Positions 1-10,603 of a DNA stretch of 64,000 nt are shown here, one piece after another. The DNA comes from Bdellovibrionales bacterium (lineage in GTDB: Bacteria; Bdellovibrionota; Bdellovibrionia; Bdellovibrionales; UBA1609). Location: positions 2,432,001-2,496,000 of the forward strand of contig OZ241329.1 in NCBI GenBank assembly GCA_965199825.1, in the 5' to 3' direction. Under the pieces are notes generated by a model. That model was not told the DNA's origin. It made no database searches and saw nothing but the letters and a program-made list of their open reading frames with translations. The position numbers were made by a program, and so were the translations under genes. How positions within the stretch are numbered: position 1 is the first letter of the stretch; each line of letters begins with the position of its first letter.

Positions 1-1127
1 AAATACTTCTTTATGGCAAAATAATTTTTTGTATTTCCCGAAAGTTGGGCATGCACAAAATGTCCGGCTAAATTGGCTGCATGATTCACCGAAAGTCGGG
101 AGAGATAACCCGCTTGAAGACTTGGAATTAAAAAAGTTCGGTCCGCTTTGACCAATTGATGAACCACTTCAATCTCCGGGCGACTCAATTTTTTTATCAC
201 CTTTTCAAACGTAAGCGACTCCGGTGAATAGACCGACAACATCGACTCATTGATTTCGGCTTTGATGTCAGCTGCGAGCACGCGGGCCAGATGCACAACA
301 TGGTCTGTGGGATCTATGTCTTGATTGTCGAGATCCGAATCGTAAGTCTTTTCGAGATACATCAAATAGCTTTGCCATTTGACCCAAGGGGGCGAGGTCA
401 TCAAAACATATCGACCGGCTGTAGACTTTAAAATTTCGGGAAATGAATTTTTCTTTGCGTATCTAAAATATAAAACGTCAACGTCTTGAAACAAAACCAA
501 GATTTTGAGCGAGGGTGCGGTTTTGAGCAGGGCCTGAGGCAAATGATGTTTTGCCAAATGAAATTCACCAAAAATCACGTAATGAAGATCCATCGGATTT
601 TTCTTTAACGACTTCAACACTTGAGCTGCAGCAAACTGATCCCTTTTTTTTAATGATTTTGAAGACCGGTCTTTAAGAAATAGATTGAGACCAATCACGC
701 AGAAGTTTTTTTCTTTGGCCAATTTGAGCAGCGGAAGATAATTTTCAAACGGAAATTGCCATCGCTCATCCCAACGCGTCTTGATTTTTAAATCATCGGG
801 CGAAATCAAACCCTTCATGAAAGAATCAAGATCCGCCTGATGCTCGGCCTCAAAACACTCCAAGCCCAAAACCACCGGTCTTGTGATTTCGCGCAAAATT
901 CGAATATGGCTTTTTTGACTTTGGCTAAAAGCATGAAAATCTGAACCAAAAGCCACCTCTGTTTTTAAAAGATCGGCGTAAAGGATATTCAGATTTGTCT
1001 TTTTCCAATTCCCTAAAAATTCATTTTTTAAAACACGACCATAAGAGCTCGGCTCATCGCCAACGCGTCTTCGCACCTGATTTTTGATTTGGTTTAAAAG
1101 TTTCTTTCGGTCCTCGATCCACCCCAT
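1..1127 (-). CDS. ChaN-family (heme-uptake/Tiki-like) protein, 3' end outside window
   Basis: Not in ORF track. Manual translation from ATG 1127: MGWIEDRKKLL...FGSDFHAFSQSQKSH...VVLGLECFEAEHQADLDSF...WDERWQFPFENYLPLL...IFGEFHLA, matching ChaN-like motifs. Confidence 0.75.
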   Translation of the reverse strand, partial: MGWIEDRKKLLNQIKNQVRRRVGDEPSSYGRVLKNEFLGNWKKTNLNILYADLLKTEVAFGSDFHAFSQSQKSHIRILREITRPVVLGLECFEAEHQADLDSFMKGLISPDDLKIKTRWDERWQFPFENYLPLLKLAKEKNFCVIGLNLFLKDRSSKSLKKRDQFAAAQVLKSLKKNPMDLHYVIFGEFHLAKHHLPQALLKTAPSLKILVLFQDVDVLYFRYAKKNSFPEILKSTAGRYVLMTSPPWVKWQSYLMYLEKTYDSDLDNQDIDPTDHVVHLARVLAADIKAEINESMLSVYSPESLTFEKVIKKLSRPEIEVVHQLVKADRTFLIPSLQAGYLSRLSVNHAANLAGHFVHAQLSGNTKNYFAIKKY

Positions 1128-1210
1128 AAGCCAGAGTGTAGCGTTAGGTCTTTTGCGGACGCAAACAAACTTGCCCTTTCATTTTATTTCTGGTGTCATA
1201 ACCGCTGTTT

Positions 1211-2365
1211 ATGAAAACACGAGTTTTATTTATACTTTTTTTGACTTCGCTTGCGGTTTTGCTTCACACCTATCTTGCGGTGCACACCTATCCTTTAAAA
1301 TTGGGATTCGGCAGCGAAGAATCTTTATGTAAAATCTCAGAACACTTTGACTGCCAAGCAGTGTCGGCAAGCTCTTTTGGCAGCGTCTTTAATATCCCAC
1401 TGAGTGTCTGGGGACTTGTCACCAATGGTTTGATCTTTGTGCTCGTGCTCCTCGGTTGGTGGCGCCTCACGGGGTCACCAAAAAAACCGTTTCGGAATGC
1501 CTTTTTTCTTTCTTCCGTGGCGGCAATTGCATCGTTGGTCATGGGCATTATCTCGCTGCTATTTTTAAGTGTGTACTGCCTTTTTTGTTTGATCCTTTAT
1601 GTGATCTCGTTTGCAACCTTTGAGCTGCTGCGCGAAATTCAAGAGCCTTGGCTGTGGCGAGAAATTAATTTTAAAAATTTAGTTTTGATATTTTTGTGCA
1701 TTCCCCTATTTAGCTATGCCATCCACTCGATGATCTTGTCGCAATACGGCGCCGGCGGAATTGGACGGATGGTCGAAAATTCATTTCTTGATTGGCAAAA
1801 TGCCGAAACCTTTAAATTCAAATCTGAACCTTTGCTTACCTTAGGGCCTAAAGAATCAAAAATGGTTATCACCGAATTTGCAGATTTTCGCTGCAGTCAT
1901 TGCAAAGCGGCTGCACCCTCACTTGAGGCCTTTGCAAAATCGCACAGCGATGTTCGTTTTGAATTCTATATCTTTCCGCTTGATGGGGACTGCAATAAAG
2001 AACTGACCCAGGGCAATGGCGTTTCCTGTGCACTCGCGAAGAGTGTGGTATGTGCTCCACCTGAAAAACAGTGGAGCCTTCATCATGCTCTATTTCAAAA
2101 TTACGAGAGCCTGATCCGTTCGGTAAATAAAGAAAGTACGGTAAAAGAAATTTCACCATTGACCGAAAAATTGGGATTTCAAATTGATGATGGGTGTTTG
2201 AGCTCGACACAGACCCAAGAGGTGATCGCAAAAATGGTCGAGACCGCTACCTTAGTTCACGTCGAGGGCACACCAACTATTTTTGTAAATGGAAAAAAAT
2301 TATCGCGAGGTCAGATGATCCCACTTCTTGAGCGGGTTTATCTGAACCTCAAATCAGACCAGTAG
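1211..2365 (+). CDS. Vitamin K epoxide reductase (VKOR)-DsbA/thioredoxin fusion
   Basis: N-terminal TM domain with C-x7-C loop and CLFC; C-terminal EFADFRCSHC and GTPTIFVNG. Confidence 0.9.
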   Translation: MKTRVLFILFLTSLAVLLHTYLAVHTYPLKLGFGSEESLCKISEHFDCQAVSASSFGSVFNIPLSVWGLVTNGLIFVLVLLGWWRLTGSPKKPFRNAFFLSSVAAIASLVMGIISLLFLSVYCLFCLILYVISFATFELLREIQEPWLWREINFKNLVLIFLCIPLFSYAIHSMILSQYGAGGIGRMVENSFLDWQNAETFKFKSEPLLTLGPKESKMVITEFADFRCSHCKAAAPSLEAFAKSHSDVRFEFYIFPLDGDCNKELTQGNGVSCALAKSVVCAPPEKQWSLHHALFQNYESLIRSVNKESTVKEISPLTEKLGFQIDDGCLSSTQTQEVIAKMVETATLVHVEGTPTIFVNGKKLSRGQMIPLLERVYLNLKSDQ

Positions 2366-2923
2366 ACTCGCAATTTTATCGGCGTAATGTTCAAAGAGCA
2401 CACCCAACGAATGAAATGTCCCCATATTGATTTCGCGGAGTAAGAACACCGCAAAAATCGCAAACACCGAACAGGTAAAGGCTTTAACCACCCACACGGT
2501 TGTGCGCACATCTGCAATCCGGCTAGTTCTCTCGTTTTTTTGAATCTGAGTCAAAAAGATTTTGAGTTCACCAAAATGGCGCTCAACACTTTCGGATAAT
2601 TCTTGTCGCTTTGCCAAATTGAGAGCACCAAGACCGGGTAAATTTCTTTTATCTTGGATCGCCATGATCAGATCAATCGCATGTTTGACCGCAGCACTAA
2701 TACTTAACTGAAAGTTGACATACTCTGACCGACTCTCAATATACTCATTTAATTCTTGAATAGCGCTTTGATATTCGCCGTTGACGACGTATTTTAAAAC
2801 AAGCCCGCGCAAATCTCGACCACTTACCCAATGCCGATTGAGTCTTTCTGTCAGCTCCTTTTGGAGTTGGCTAGAGAGTTGGTTTTCGATAACTTGGTAA
2901 TTGACCTGAATTGCCTTAGCCAT
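2354..2923 (-). CDS. Hypothetical protein with C-terminal TM helix
   Basis: 189 aa ORF, ATG start, hydrophobic C-terminal segment. Confidence 0.7.
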   Translation of the reverse strand: MAKAIQVNYQVIENQLSSQLQKELTERLNRHWVSGRDLRGLVLKYVVNGEYQSAIQELNEYIESRSEYVNFQLSISAAVKHAIDLIMAIQDKRNLPGLGALNLAKRQELSESVERHFGELKIFLTQIQKNERTSRIADVRTTVWVVKAFTCSVFAIFAVFLLREINMGTFHSLGVLFEHYADKIASLLV

Positions 2924-3044
2924 TCTTGTCTATCGGCTAGGTTGGGACCGAAACTAAATCAAAGTGCTTTGCGTTAGGACTCGACCCTCGATTTTTGACA
3001 AGGTTTGTGACGGTTTGAGACACTTCAATTTATAAGGAGCTTTG

Positions 3045-4292
3045 ATGAACCCAGCCCAAGGTCTTGACTCCGATGTGAGTTTGATTCCGATACCCTCTGC
3101 ACTTCCGGAGCGCCCCGATCTTGGGCAGTTGCCCGCAGATATTCTTCGATCCAGCACCGTTGAATCCCTCATCAATCAAAATGATGATTTGATGGCGCGC
3201 TTAAGTGTTTCACTAAGAAGAAACTCAAAACTCGAAGAAGAACTCTCACATTTCGAAAAACAAAAACGAATTTCAAATCATCAGATTGAAATACTAAATG
3301 AAAAATTAAGTCTGACCCAAGCCAAAGAAGCCCGATCCTTGGGACGCGACAAAATTCTTGAAGACCAAATTTTTAAACTTAAAGATCAGCTTAAACTTTC
3401 TGAAACCAAATATTTTGAGCTCTACAACATCCAAAAAGACCGAGCCAAAAATTTAATCGAGAGAATCGAGCAACACGGGCGTCGTTTAAACCGATTTATT
3501 AAATATAAATCCAAAATAAAAAAAGCCGTCCTCAATCTAAAACGTGAACGCACGGGATTGGCCACCCAAGCCCAAAAATTTGAATTGGCCTTGAGCAGTC
3601 AAGATGTACGAGTCAATAGCCTTCAAGCCCGCCTGGATGAAATGGGAAATTACATACAAACCCAAGGTCGAAAATCTTTGAGCGAAAAAGCGGAGCTCGT
3701 ACAAACCTATGAGATCAGACAAAAAGATTTATTCTCTGAACTGGAAAATGAACGTGAGGCTCGCCAAGCAGCAAACAACAAACTCGAACATTACGAAAAA
3801 GTGCTGAACGAAAATCTACATCTTCAGAGTGAATCCAACCGGTTGACCCAAACTCTGGATGCATTAAGTTTAGACTTAAAAGAAATCAAAGCCCAATTGA
3901 TCGCCACACAGTTTCAACTGCGCAGCCAAAAAGAAGAAAGCGAGACACTCCAAGTTTCTGAAAAAATGCTGCTCGAAAATAAAACCCGGCAGCAAGAACA
4001 AATTGAGTCACTCCAAGTCTTATGGTCCGAAACCCAAAAGCAGGTGGAATTAAAATCGGCCCGCCTCGAATCGCTGCAACGACTCAATCAGTCTTTAAGT
4101 ATTTCGCTCAATCAATTTAGAAAAGAAAATGATTCGTTAAAAAATCAGTCCGAAAAAATCAAGCTGATGACTAAAGAGCGGCTGCGTTCTTTAAAAACCG
4201 AAGTTTCACAATCAAAGATTGAGCCTGAGGTTTATCAGCGGATCGAAGTTCTGTTATCCGAGCTCAATGACAAAACACTGACGCTACTCTAA
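3045..4292 (+). CDS. Long coiled-coil protein
   Basis: ~415 aa, E/K/Q/L-rich heptad pattern. Confidence 0.75.
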   Translation: MNPAQGLDSDVSLIPIPSALPERPDLGQLPADILRSSTVESLINQNDDLMARLSVSLRRNSKLEEELSHFEKQKRISNHQIEILNEKLSLTQAKEARSLGRDKILEDQIFKLKDQLKLSETKYFELYNIQKDRAKNLIERIEQHGRRLNRFIKYKSKIKKAVLNLKRERTGLATQAQKFELALSSQDVRVNSLQARLDEMGNYIQTQGRKSLSEKAELVQTYEIRQKDLFSELENEREARQAANNKLEHYEKVLNENLHLQSESNRLTQTLDALSLDLKEIKAQLIATQFQLRSQKEESETLQVSEKMLLENKTRQQEQIESLQVLWSETQKQVELKSARLESLQRLNQSLSISLNQFRKENDSLKNQSEKIKLMTKERLRSLKTEVSQSKIEPEVYQRIEVLLSELNDKTLTLL

Positions 4293-4349
4293 AAACCGGC
4301 CTTGGTGATGACTTTAAAATAATCATTAAGGCATACTCATCGCACGCTT

Positions 4350-6620
4350 ATGAAAAGCATTGCGGTTTTTCTTATTTTGTTTGGTTTTAATATTCATGCG
4401 CAGAGTTCGCTCGGCGGAATCTTAATCAACGCCGACACCAGTGATCACGACACCGCCACTCACCTTGTTCATCTTCAAGGGCATGTGCAGTTGGTGTTTA
4501 AAGGCAATCACATGCGGGCCGATCAGGCTGAGGTTGACTTAAATAACAAAATCATTCGCGCCACCGGCCGCATCGTCTTAGAAAATCAAAAGGTACATCT
4601 AGAGGGAGAGCGTGCGGTTTTTAATTATGAAACCATTCGCGGCACCATCTACAAAGCATTTTTAAAATCCGGCCAAGTGGTTTTTGAGGGCGACGAGATC
4701 GAAAAAACTGGGGCCGAAGAATATGTAGCCATCAATGGACGATATACTGCGTGTGCGAATTGCCCAGCCGACTGGAGTTTTTCGGGCGTAAAAATAAAAG
4801 CCACCTTAGGTGGGTATGCAAAAATCACTTATCCTATCTTTCGGGTGTTTGGTGTGCCCGTTTTTATATTTCCCTATTTGCCTGTGCCTTTAAAGAGCAA
4901 TCGCCAATCTGGATTTTTGGTTCCGGCGGTGGATTTTTCTGGCAAGGGAGGTGTGGCTGGAGAGATTCCATATTTTTGGGCGATTTCAAAAAGTCAGGAT
5001 ATGACCTTAACCGCGAAAAGTTATTCGCAACGCGGTCAAAAAGGATTGGTCGAATATCGCTATAAACTTTCACCCTTGAGCGATGGGATTCTTCATTCGG
5101 CCTATATGAAGGACAATAATTTTACCAACGTGAATAACCAAATCGTGACCCAAACACGCTGGTTTCTTGATTATCATCACTATTATGATTTGCCTGAAAA
5201 TTATGTTCATCGTTTAAAACTTTCAGCCGCCGGTGATCTTCGTTATCAAAGGGATTTTCCGCTTGAACTCAAAGGCAACGGTGATCCCGCTTTTGAAAAT
5301 CGAATGAGCGTGACGAAGAATACCGAAAACTCTCACATCAGTGCAGAGACCGCGTACTATATTAATTTATTTAAACAAGATCCATTGGCAAACAATGAAG
5401 ATGCGGTCCACCGCTTGCCCGAACTGCGATACAATTTGGTACAAAAAAAACTTGGGCACTCTGGCCTCTTTTTTCAAGCCGATATGGATTATACCAATTT
5501 TTTTAGATCCAATTTTAGTTACGACAATGTGGTGTGTTCAAATCCCCAAGACTCATCAACCTGCAGAGTTCAGCGCGGCCCCGACAACCTTTCGCAATAT
5601 CATTCAGGCATGTTCAATTCGACAACCGATACCATTCGCACCGGTCAGCGCTTAGACCTCAATCCCCGACTGACTGCGCCCTTTCGTGTGCTCAATATTT
5701 TTGATTTTTTACCCGCAGTTTCTTATCATGAAACTCAATATGCCTTTAATTTACCCGACGACTCGCAAATTTCACAGACCGCGGCTCGCCGCTATCTGCA
5801 AGCCGATTTAGGTGTTCGAACACGACTCACAAATATTTATACGGTGAGCGAAACCGAAAAAGTAAAACACATTATTGAACCCGGAATTTCTTATTCTACT
5901 ATTCCGTGGATTCGCCAACCCAATCACATTTTTTTTGGCGACACCAATCAGCCTTTTGCAAGAACCCTTGAGCCAATTAGCGATAATGATTTTACCGGAT
6001 CGACCCGCATCCAGTTTGATAATTTTGACCGCGTCTATGATAAACGGGTGATCGATTTTGGTGTGACAAATTATTTTAATCGTCGACGCAGTTTTGGTGA
6101 TCAAGCCCAGTATAAAAATATTGTGACCTGGCGATTGAGCGAGTCCTATGACGTGAACGAAGCACATTCGGATCTTTACCAGCCTTGGTCTTCGATCAAT
6201 TCGGTTTTAGATATGCGCTTTGACCATATCGATACATTCACCACAAATTCCTATTATCCTTATGCACGAATCACCAACACCTCGTCGCGAGTGCGCATCA
6301 AAAATGACCGTGGTGATTTTTTAGAACTCAATTACGTGCACGAATATTTGATCAGTTTAAAAAACGAAATCGATATGAATTCAAAAACCGAAAATCTAGG
6401 GTTAAATCTCGGTTACGTCAGCCGATTTTTGCACCTTGTGGGTGGGTTTAATTTTTCGGCAGTGACCCACACCGTACAATCTTGGCAGTATATCGCAAAG
6501 CTTCGACCTCCGGGTGGCTGCTGGGGAATTGATATTGGACACCACCAAGTCATTGGTGGAGATGTGCAACTCAAATTTAATTTTGCATTCGATTTTGGTG
6601 GTCAGCACAAACTCAATTAG
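4350..6620 (+). CDS. lptD: LPS assembly protein LptD
   Basis: Signal peptide, OstA-like N-domain, YTAC..C..DW, PYLPVP...RQSGFLVP, IPYFWAI, C-terminal beta-barrel. Confidence 0.92.
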   Translation: MKSIAVFLILFGFNIHAQSSLGGILINADTSDHDTATHLVHLQGHVQLVFKGNHMRADQAEVDLNNKIIRATGRIVLENQKVHLEGERAVFNYETIRGTIYKAFLKSGQVVFEGDEIEKTGAEEYVAINGRYTACANCPADWSFSGVKIKATLGGYAKITYPIFRVFGVPVFIFPYLPVPLKSNRQSGFLVPAVDFSGKGGVAGEIPYFWAISKSQDMTLTAKSYSQRGQKGLVEYRYKLSPLSDGILHSAYMKDNNFTNVNNQIVTQTRWFLDYHHYYDLPENYVHRLKLSAAGDLRYQRDFPLELKGNGDPAFENRMSVTKNTENSHISAETAYYINLFKQDPLANNEDAVHRLPELRYNLVQKKLGHSGLFFQADMDYTNFFRSNFSYDNVVCSNPQDSSTCRVQRGPDNLSQYHSGMFNSTTDTIRTGQRLDLNPRLTAPFRVLNIFDFLPAVSYHETQYAFNLPDDSQISQTAARRYLQADLGVRTRLTNIYTVSETEKVKHIIEPGISYSTIPWIRQPNHIFFGDTNQPFARTLEPISDNDFTGSTRIQFDNFDRVYDKRVIDFGVTNYFNRRRSFGDQAQYKNIVTWRLSESYDVNEAHSDLYQPWSSINSVLDMRFDHIDTFTTNSYYPYARITNTSSRVRIKNDRGDFLELNYVHEYLISLKNEIDMNSKTENLGLNLGYVSRFLHLVGGFNFSAVTHTVQSWQYIAKLRPPGGCWGIDIGHHQVIGGDVQLKFNFAFDFGGQHKLN

Positions 6621-6949
6621 AAATCAAAAATGCGAATCTGACCTTTTGCTCCATCAAGCTGGGCTTGAAGATTATAAATCGGAGTGATTGAGACTCGAGG
6701 TTCATCCTCAAGCGGCAAACCATAGATCACATACAGGCCTAATATAATTCCACTGTAGAGACCATAAGAGGCGCCACGAGCAATATAATTTAAATTTTGC
6801 GAGGGATGTTTAGTAAAGGCCAATGCACCTGCACCAACCAAGGCTCCGGCCATCACGCCATAACTGCAGCTCATCACAAATTCATGAGAATTTTGGTTGG
6901 CCCGGGCAAAAGGACTTACAAAAAATAAAATCAAAATCCAAAAGCGCAT
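6617..6949 (-). CDS. Small secreted/membrane protein with Gly-zipper-like helices
   Basis: MRFWILILFF signal; GVMAGALVGAG and GLYSGIILG motifs. Confidence 0.7.
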   Translation of the reverse strand: MRFWILILFFVSPFARANQNSHEFVMSCSYGVMAGALVGAGALAFTKHPSQNLNYIARGASYGLYSGIILGLYVIYGLPLEDEPRVSITPIYNLQAQLDGAKGQIRIFDF

Positions 6950-6979
6950 ACAAGAAGTCTGACAGATCAAAATTCGCTG

Positions 6980-7312
6980 TCAACACTCGATGCGCTCGCC
7001 AGTTGCCACATCGTAAATAGAAATTTCTTTTTGATGAGACACAAACGCGAGCCAAAGCGAGGCTTCAAGCGAACGAGCAATCCTTAATAATTTTATTTTT
7101 TGTTTATAAGGCAAGCGAACCTGAGCCTCCGCATGAGCACTTAACGATTTCACCTCAACCAAAACTGTACCAAAGTTTTTATGATTGAGCCAAAGATCGA
7201 CCTCAGCATGTCTTTGAAACCAATGATTGCGCCTTAAGATCTTAAACTTTTTAAAACTAAAATACTCGGCGACCACATCTTCAAGTTGATGTCCGAAGGT
7301 GCTCGATGACAC
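6980..7312 (-). CDS. yraN: YraN family (UPF0102) endonuclease
   Basis: GHQLE...ILRRN...EVDL...VLVEVK motif, directly after rnhB; GTG start at 7312 inferred. Confidence 0.8.
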   Translation of the reverse strand: MSSSTFGHQLEDVVAEYFSFKKFKILRRNHWFQRHAEVDLWLNHKNFGTVLVEVKSLSAHAEAQVRLPYKQKIKLLRIARSLEASLWLAFVSHQKEISIYDVATGERIEC

Positions 7313-7847
7313 CCGAAAAGGTTTTTCGGTGGTAGGCGCTGACCCCAAGTTGTTGGATGGCTTGTCGGTGTTTGGAGGTCGCATAGCCCTTGTGTATTTC
7401 AAATCCATAGCCAGGATATTCCTTTGATTTTTCAACCATCAGGTCATCGCGTGTGACTTTGGCAACGATCGACGCCGCAGCGATCGGTCGTGCGCGAAGC
7501 TCGCCTTGAGTCAAACAAACCTGGGTAAAAGTCGAAAGACCTGGAATCATAAAGTTTCCATCGACCAACAATAATCCCTGGTTGAGTTTGAGGTTTAAAA
7601 CAGCCCGCTTCATAGCGAGTAAGCTTGCCTGAAGGATGTTGAGAGTTTCAATCTCCTCCACACTGGCAAAACCAACACCAATCTGTGCCCGATCATAAAT
7701 GCGATCGCACAGAATTTTTCTCCGTGAGGCGGTCAATAGTTTTGAATCAGTTAGTCCACGCGGAGATTTTAAAGGAGTGAGAATCGCTGCGGCGGCATAA
7801 ACGGGTCCGGCCAAACAGCCGCGACCCACTTCATCAACACCCACCAC
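7281..7847 (-). CDS. rnhB: Ribonuclease HII
   Basis: GVDEVGRGCLAGPV, DSKLL, VDGN, AAASIVAKVTRD, HKGY; true start may lie upstream (see findings). Confidence 0.97.
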   Translation of the reverse strand: MVGVDEVGRGCLAGPVYAAAAILTPLKSPRGLTDSKLLTASRRKILCDRIYDRAQIGVGFASVEEIETLNILQASLLAMKRAVLNLKLNQGLLLVDGNFMIPGLSTFTQVCLTQGELRARPIAAASIVAKVTRDDLMVEKSKEYPGYGFEIHKGYATSKHRQAIQQLGVSAYHRKTFSGVIEHLRTST

Positions 7848-7882
7848 AGGCTGAAGCTCGGAGGCTTCCCAAAGGTAGCGCT

Positions 7883-8311
7883 TTATTCTTTTGGCGTTTC
7901 TGTGGCTGGAGTTTGAGCTGCGGGGGCTTCAACAGCTGCAGAAGATGCTGAGTTGCCTTGCACCAGATCGGACTCTAAACGAGCCGCACGTCCACGCAAA
8001 TTGCGAAGATAAAAAAGCTTTGAACGTCGAACTTTACCAGTTGCAATCAATTCGACACGATCAATGGCTGGAGTTGTAAACGGAAAAGTTCGCTCAACAC
8101 CAACACCGCTTGAGATCTTACGAACCGTAAAGGATCGTCCCATCCCACTGCCTTGGAGCTTAAGCACAACTCCACGAAAAAGCTGAACCCGTTCTTTTTC
8201 GCCTTCTTTTACACGAACATAAACACCAATGGTGTCGCCCGCAGAAAATTCTGGAAATTTGCGTTTTGCAGCATGCCGCTCGAGGGTAACTCTTCGCACA
8301 AGTTGTGACAT
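7883..8311 (-). CDS. rplS: 50S ribosomal protein L19
   Basis: [40 protein letters not shown]. Confidence 0.98.
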   Translation of the reverse strand: MSQLVRRVTLERHAAKRKFPEFSAGDTIGVYVRVKEGEKERVQLFRGVVLKLQGSGMGRSFTVRKISSGVGVERTFPFTTPAIDRVELIATGKVRRSKLFYLRNLRGRAARLESDLVQGNSASSAAVEAPAAQTPATETPKE

Positions 8312-8347
8312 GATCTTCTCCCAATGTCGTGAAAGCTCAATGAGCTA

Positions 8348-8917
8348 TCATGCTCCCAAAAGTCGGTCAAGACAGATACTCACTGCTGAGCGCACAGAAA
8401 GGTGGCGATAATCATCCTGAGATGAGCCACGGATGGGCTCTAGAGCGATATCACAAAGATTTAAAACATCCTCATGAAGACCAAAGCCTGTACCAAACAA
8501 AATCAATAAAGGCGGCCCTTCGGTTTCGAAGATCATCTTTTTGGTTTCAACAAATGTTTTTTGCAAAGCAATCCCAGTTAGGCGTGCCGAGGTGGCTAAA
8601 ACCAGCGGTGGTGTCTCAAAACTTTGGACCACTTGCTCAACCGTTTCTTTGAGCTCAATCATATCGAGGGCTGATTTTCGCATGATATTGTGTTTAGCGC
8701 CCTCACCCACTCGCCAGTGGTCCAACACTCTGGATACAAACATGAGCTGCTCTTGAATGCGGTGAACGATAAAATATTTTTTTACACCGTATGTGCGTGC
8801 GGCACGAGCGATGTCGTGGATATCAAAATTTGTTACGTTGGTTGCGACGATTTTGCGTTTGGCATCGTAGACGGGCCAATGCACAAGCGCGATGTAGACT
8901 TCACGAACAGGCTTCAT
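8348..8917 (-). CDS. SPOUT-class RNA methyltransferase (trmD-associated)
   Basis: ALVHWPV, TNFDIHDIARAARTYG, LFGTGFGL, YRHLSVRSAVSICLDRL; ATGA overlap with trmD stop. Confidence 0.9.
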   Translation of the reverse strand: MKPVREVYIALVHWPVYDAKRKIVATNVTNFDIHDIARAARTYGVKKYFIVHRIQEQLMFVSRVLDHWRVGEGAKHNIMRKSALDMIELKETVEQVVQSFETPPLVLATSARLTGIALQKTFVETKKMIFETEGPPLLILFGTGFGLHEDVLNLCDIALEPIRGSSQDDYRHLSVRSAVSICLDRLLGA

Positions 8918-9678
8918 AACCAATCCTTTTGGATACCCACAGATTTTAAATCCTCTTTTGAAAATGGAGACAAAAACTTTTTGGCGCTGATAAAATCAGG
9001 CTCTGCAATGTTTAAGTCAGGGCGAAGCATTTTGGTTCGTAAAATTGCCACCGATTTTTTAAACTTCTCGATCTGCCGATGATCACCCGACAATAAAATT
9101 GGCGGCACCGTCATTTGCTCAAACGTTTGCGGCCGGGTGAGTTGTGGAGCTTCGAGCAAACCGTCACGAAAACTTTCGTCAAAAGAACTAGCCGGATTTC
9201 CCAAAACGCCGGGCTGCAATCTTAGGAGACTATCAATAAAAATGGCCGCCGGAAGCTCGCCACCAGAAACCACATAGTCACCAATCGAAATTTCAAGATT
9301 GACATACTGCTCAATAAACCGCTGATCCACACCCGCGTAGCGGCCACAAACCAAAATAAAATCTGTTTGGTTCGTCATTGTACGTGCAAGCGAATCATCC
9401 CATCTTTGACCTTGCGGAGAAAAATAAATGCAAGGACCTTTGGCTCCTTGCTCTCTGGCTTTTAAGACCGATTGCTTTAAGGGTTCAGCGGTCATCACCA
9501 TGCCGTCCCCTCCTCCGTACGGGCGAGCATCGACGGTGTGATGAATATCTGAGGTAAATTCACGTGGATTGATGGTGTGCAAATGAGCTATGCCGTTTTT
9601 AAATGCGCTTCCAATCAAACCCTCTGAATTGAGATGCTTAAAGTATTCGGCAAACAATGTGATGCAATAAAAAGTCAT
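8914..9678 (-). CDS. trmD: tRNA (guanine-N1)-methyltransferase
   Basis: VDARPYGGGDGMV, LVCGRYAGVDQR, SIGDYVVSGGE, SGDH. Confidence 0.97.
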   Translation of the reverse strand: MTFYCITLFAEYFKHLNSEGLIGSAFKNGIAHLHTINPREFTSDIHHTVDARPYGGGDGMVMTAEPLKQSVLKAREQGAKGPCIYFSPQGQRWDDSLARTMTNQTDFILVCGRYAGVDQRFIEQYVNLEISIGDYVVSGGELPAAIFIDSLLRLQPGVLGNPASSFDESFRDGLLEAPQLTRPQTFEQMTVPPILLSGDHRQIEKFKKSVAILRTKMLRPDLNIAEPDFISAKKFLSPFSKEDLKSVGIQKDWL

Positions 9679-10217
9679 AACGGATTGAGTTCGCACAATC
9701 CTTCGGGAATCGCCACATACAAAATATTTTTTTCAGAATCAAAACTTTGAATAAAAGCTTCTACGTAGGGGAGTTCAAATTCGATACTGCCATTTGAAAC
9801 GATCAGTAAATCTTGGGGTCCATTTGAGGAAAATCCGATCACATTTCCTAAATCACCCTTGTTTATATCTGACACCTTGGTGTTAAGGAGCTGATTCAAA
9901 AATATTTCAGACTCGGTTTGTGACACCAAATGCTCGGTGGGAATAAAAACAGCTTGGCTTTTTAAAGCTTCGGCTTGATTGCGATCGCTCACACCCTCGA
10001 ACAAGACGTAAAGACCTTTGGGCCGGCGCTTTGCGAATTTGATCGTGTGCAATTGGACCTTTTGGACCCGAAGATTTTTTTGGGCCTTGTCTTGGCTCAG
10101 TCCTAATGAACTTAAGCTTTCAAGATAATCGGCACCTTCATGAAACAGGCGAACAAAAACCTCGCCTTTTAGACCGTGGGCTTGGGAGACCCATCCCACA
10201 CAATAATATTCAGACAT
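9675..10217 (-). CDS. rimM: 16S rRNA processing protein RimM
   Basis: AHGLKGEV, DRNQAEAL, PYVEAFI; position in rpsP operon. Confidence 0.93.
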   Translation of the reverse strand: MSEYYCVGWVSQAHGLKGEVFVRLFHEGADYLESLSSLGLSQDKAQKNLRVQKVQLHTIKFAKRRPKGLYVLFEGVSDRNQAEALKSQAVFIPTEHLVSQTESEIFLNQLLNTKVSDINKGDLGNVIGFSSNGPQDLLIVSNGSIEFELPYVEAFIQSFDSEKNILYVAIPEGLCELNPL

Positions 10218-10261
10218 TTGCGCAATGCATAACGAATCCTCAACACCTGGTCAAGGACGGG

Positions 10262-10516
10262 TTATTCGACGATTTCTAAAACGCTACGTTTTTGAAGCTT
10301 GGTGCTTGCAGCATTCAGAATGGTGCGCATCGAGCGAGCGGTTCTCCCCTGCTTGCCGATCACCTTGCCTAAATCTTCCTTTGCTACCTTGAGCTCAACA
10401 ACGGTGGTCTGCTCGCCAACCACTTCGTTGACCTCAACCTGGTCTGGAAGATCGACCAAAGCTTTCGCCATAAATTCCACAAGGTCTCTTAGATTGGTTG
10501 AATCCGAATCGCTCAC
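10262..10516 (-). CDS. khpA: KH-domain RNA-binding protein (KhpA/YlqC)
   Basis: [20 protein letters not shown]; lies between rpsP and rimM. Confidence 0.93.
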   Translation of the reverse strand: MSDSDSTNLRDLVEFMAKALVDLPDQVEVNEVVGEQTTVVELKVAKEDLGKVIGKQGRTARSMRTILNAASTKLQKRSVLEIVE

Positions 10517-10603
10517 ATCAACTCCCGTTGCTACGCCCTTAAATGACGTCTAATCTTCGCTTTACTGTATCGAATAAAACAAATGATAAAATATAAAAAA
10601 ATT

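Noticed and set aside
7313..7435. N-terminal extension of the yraN ORF
   Set aside because: Lies wholly inside rnhB; YraN similarity begins near GTG 7312
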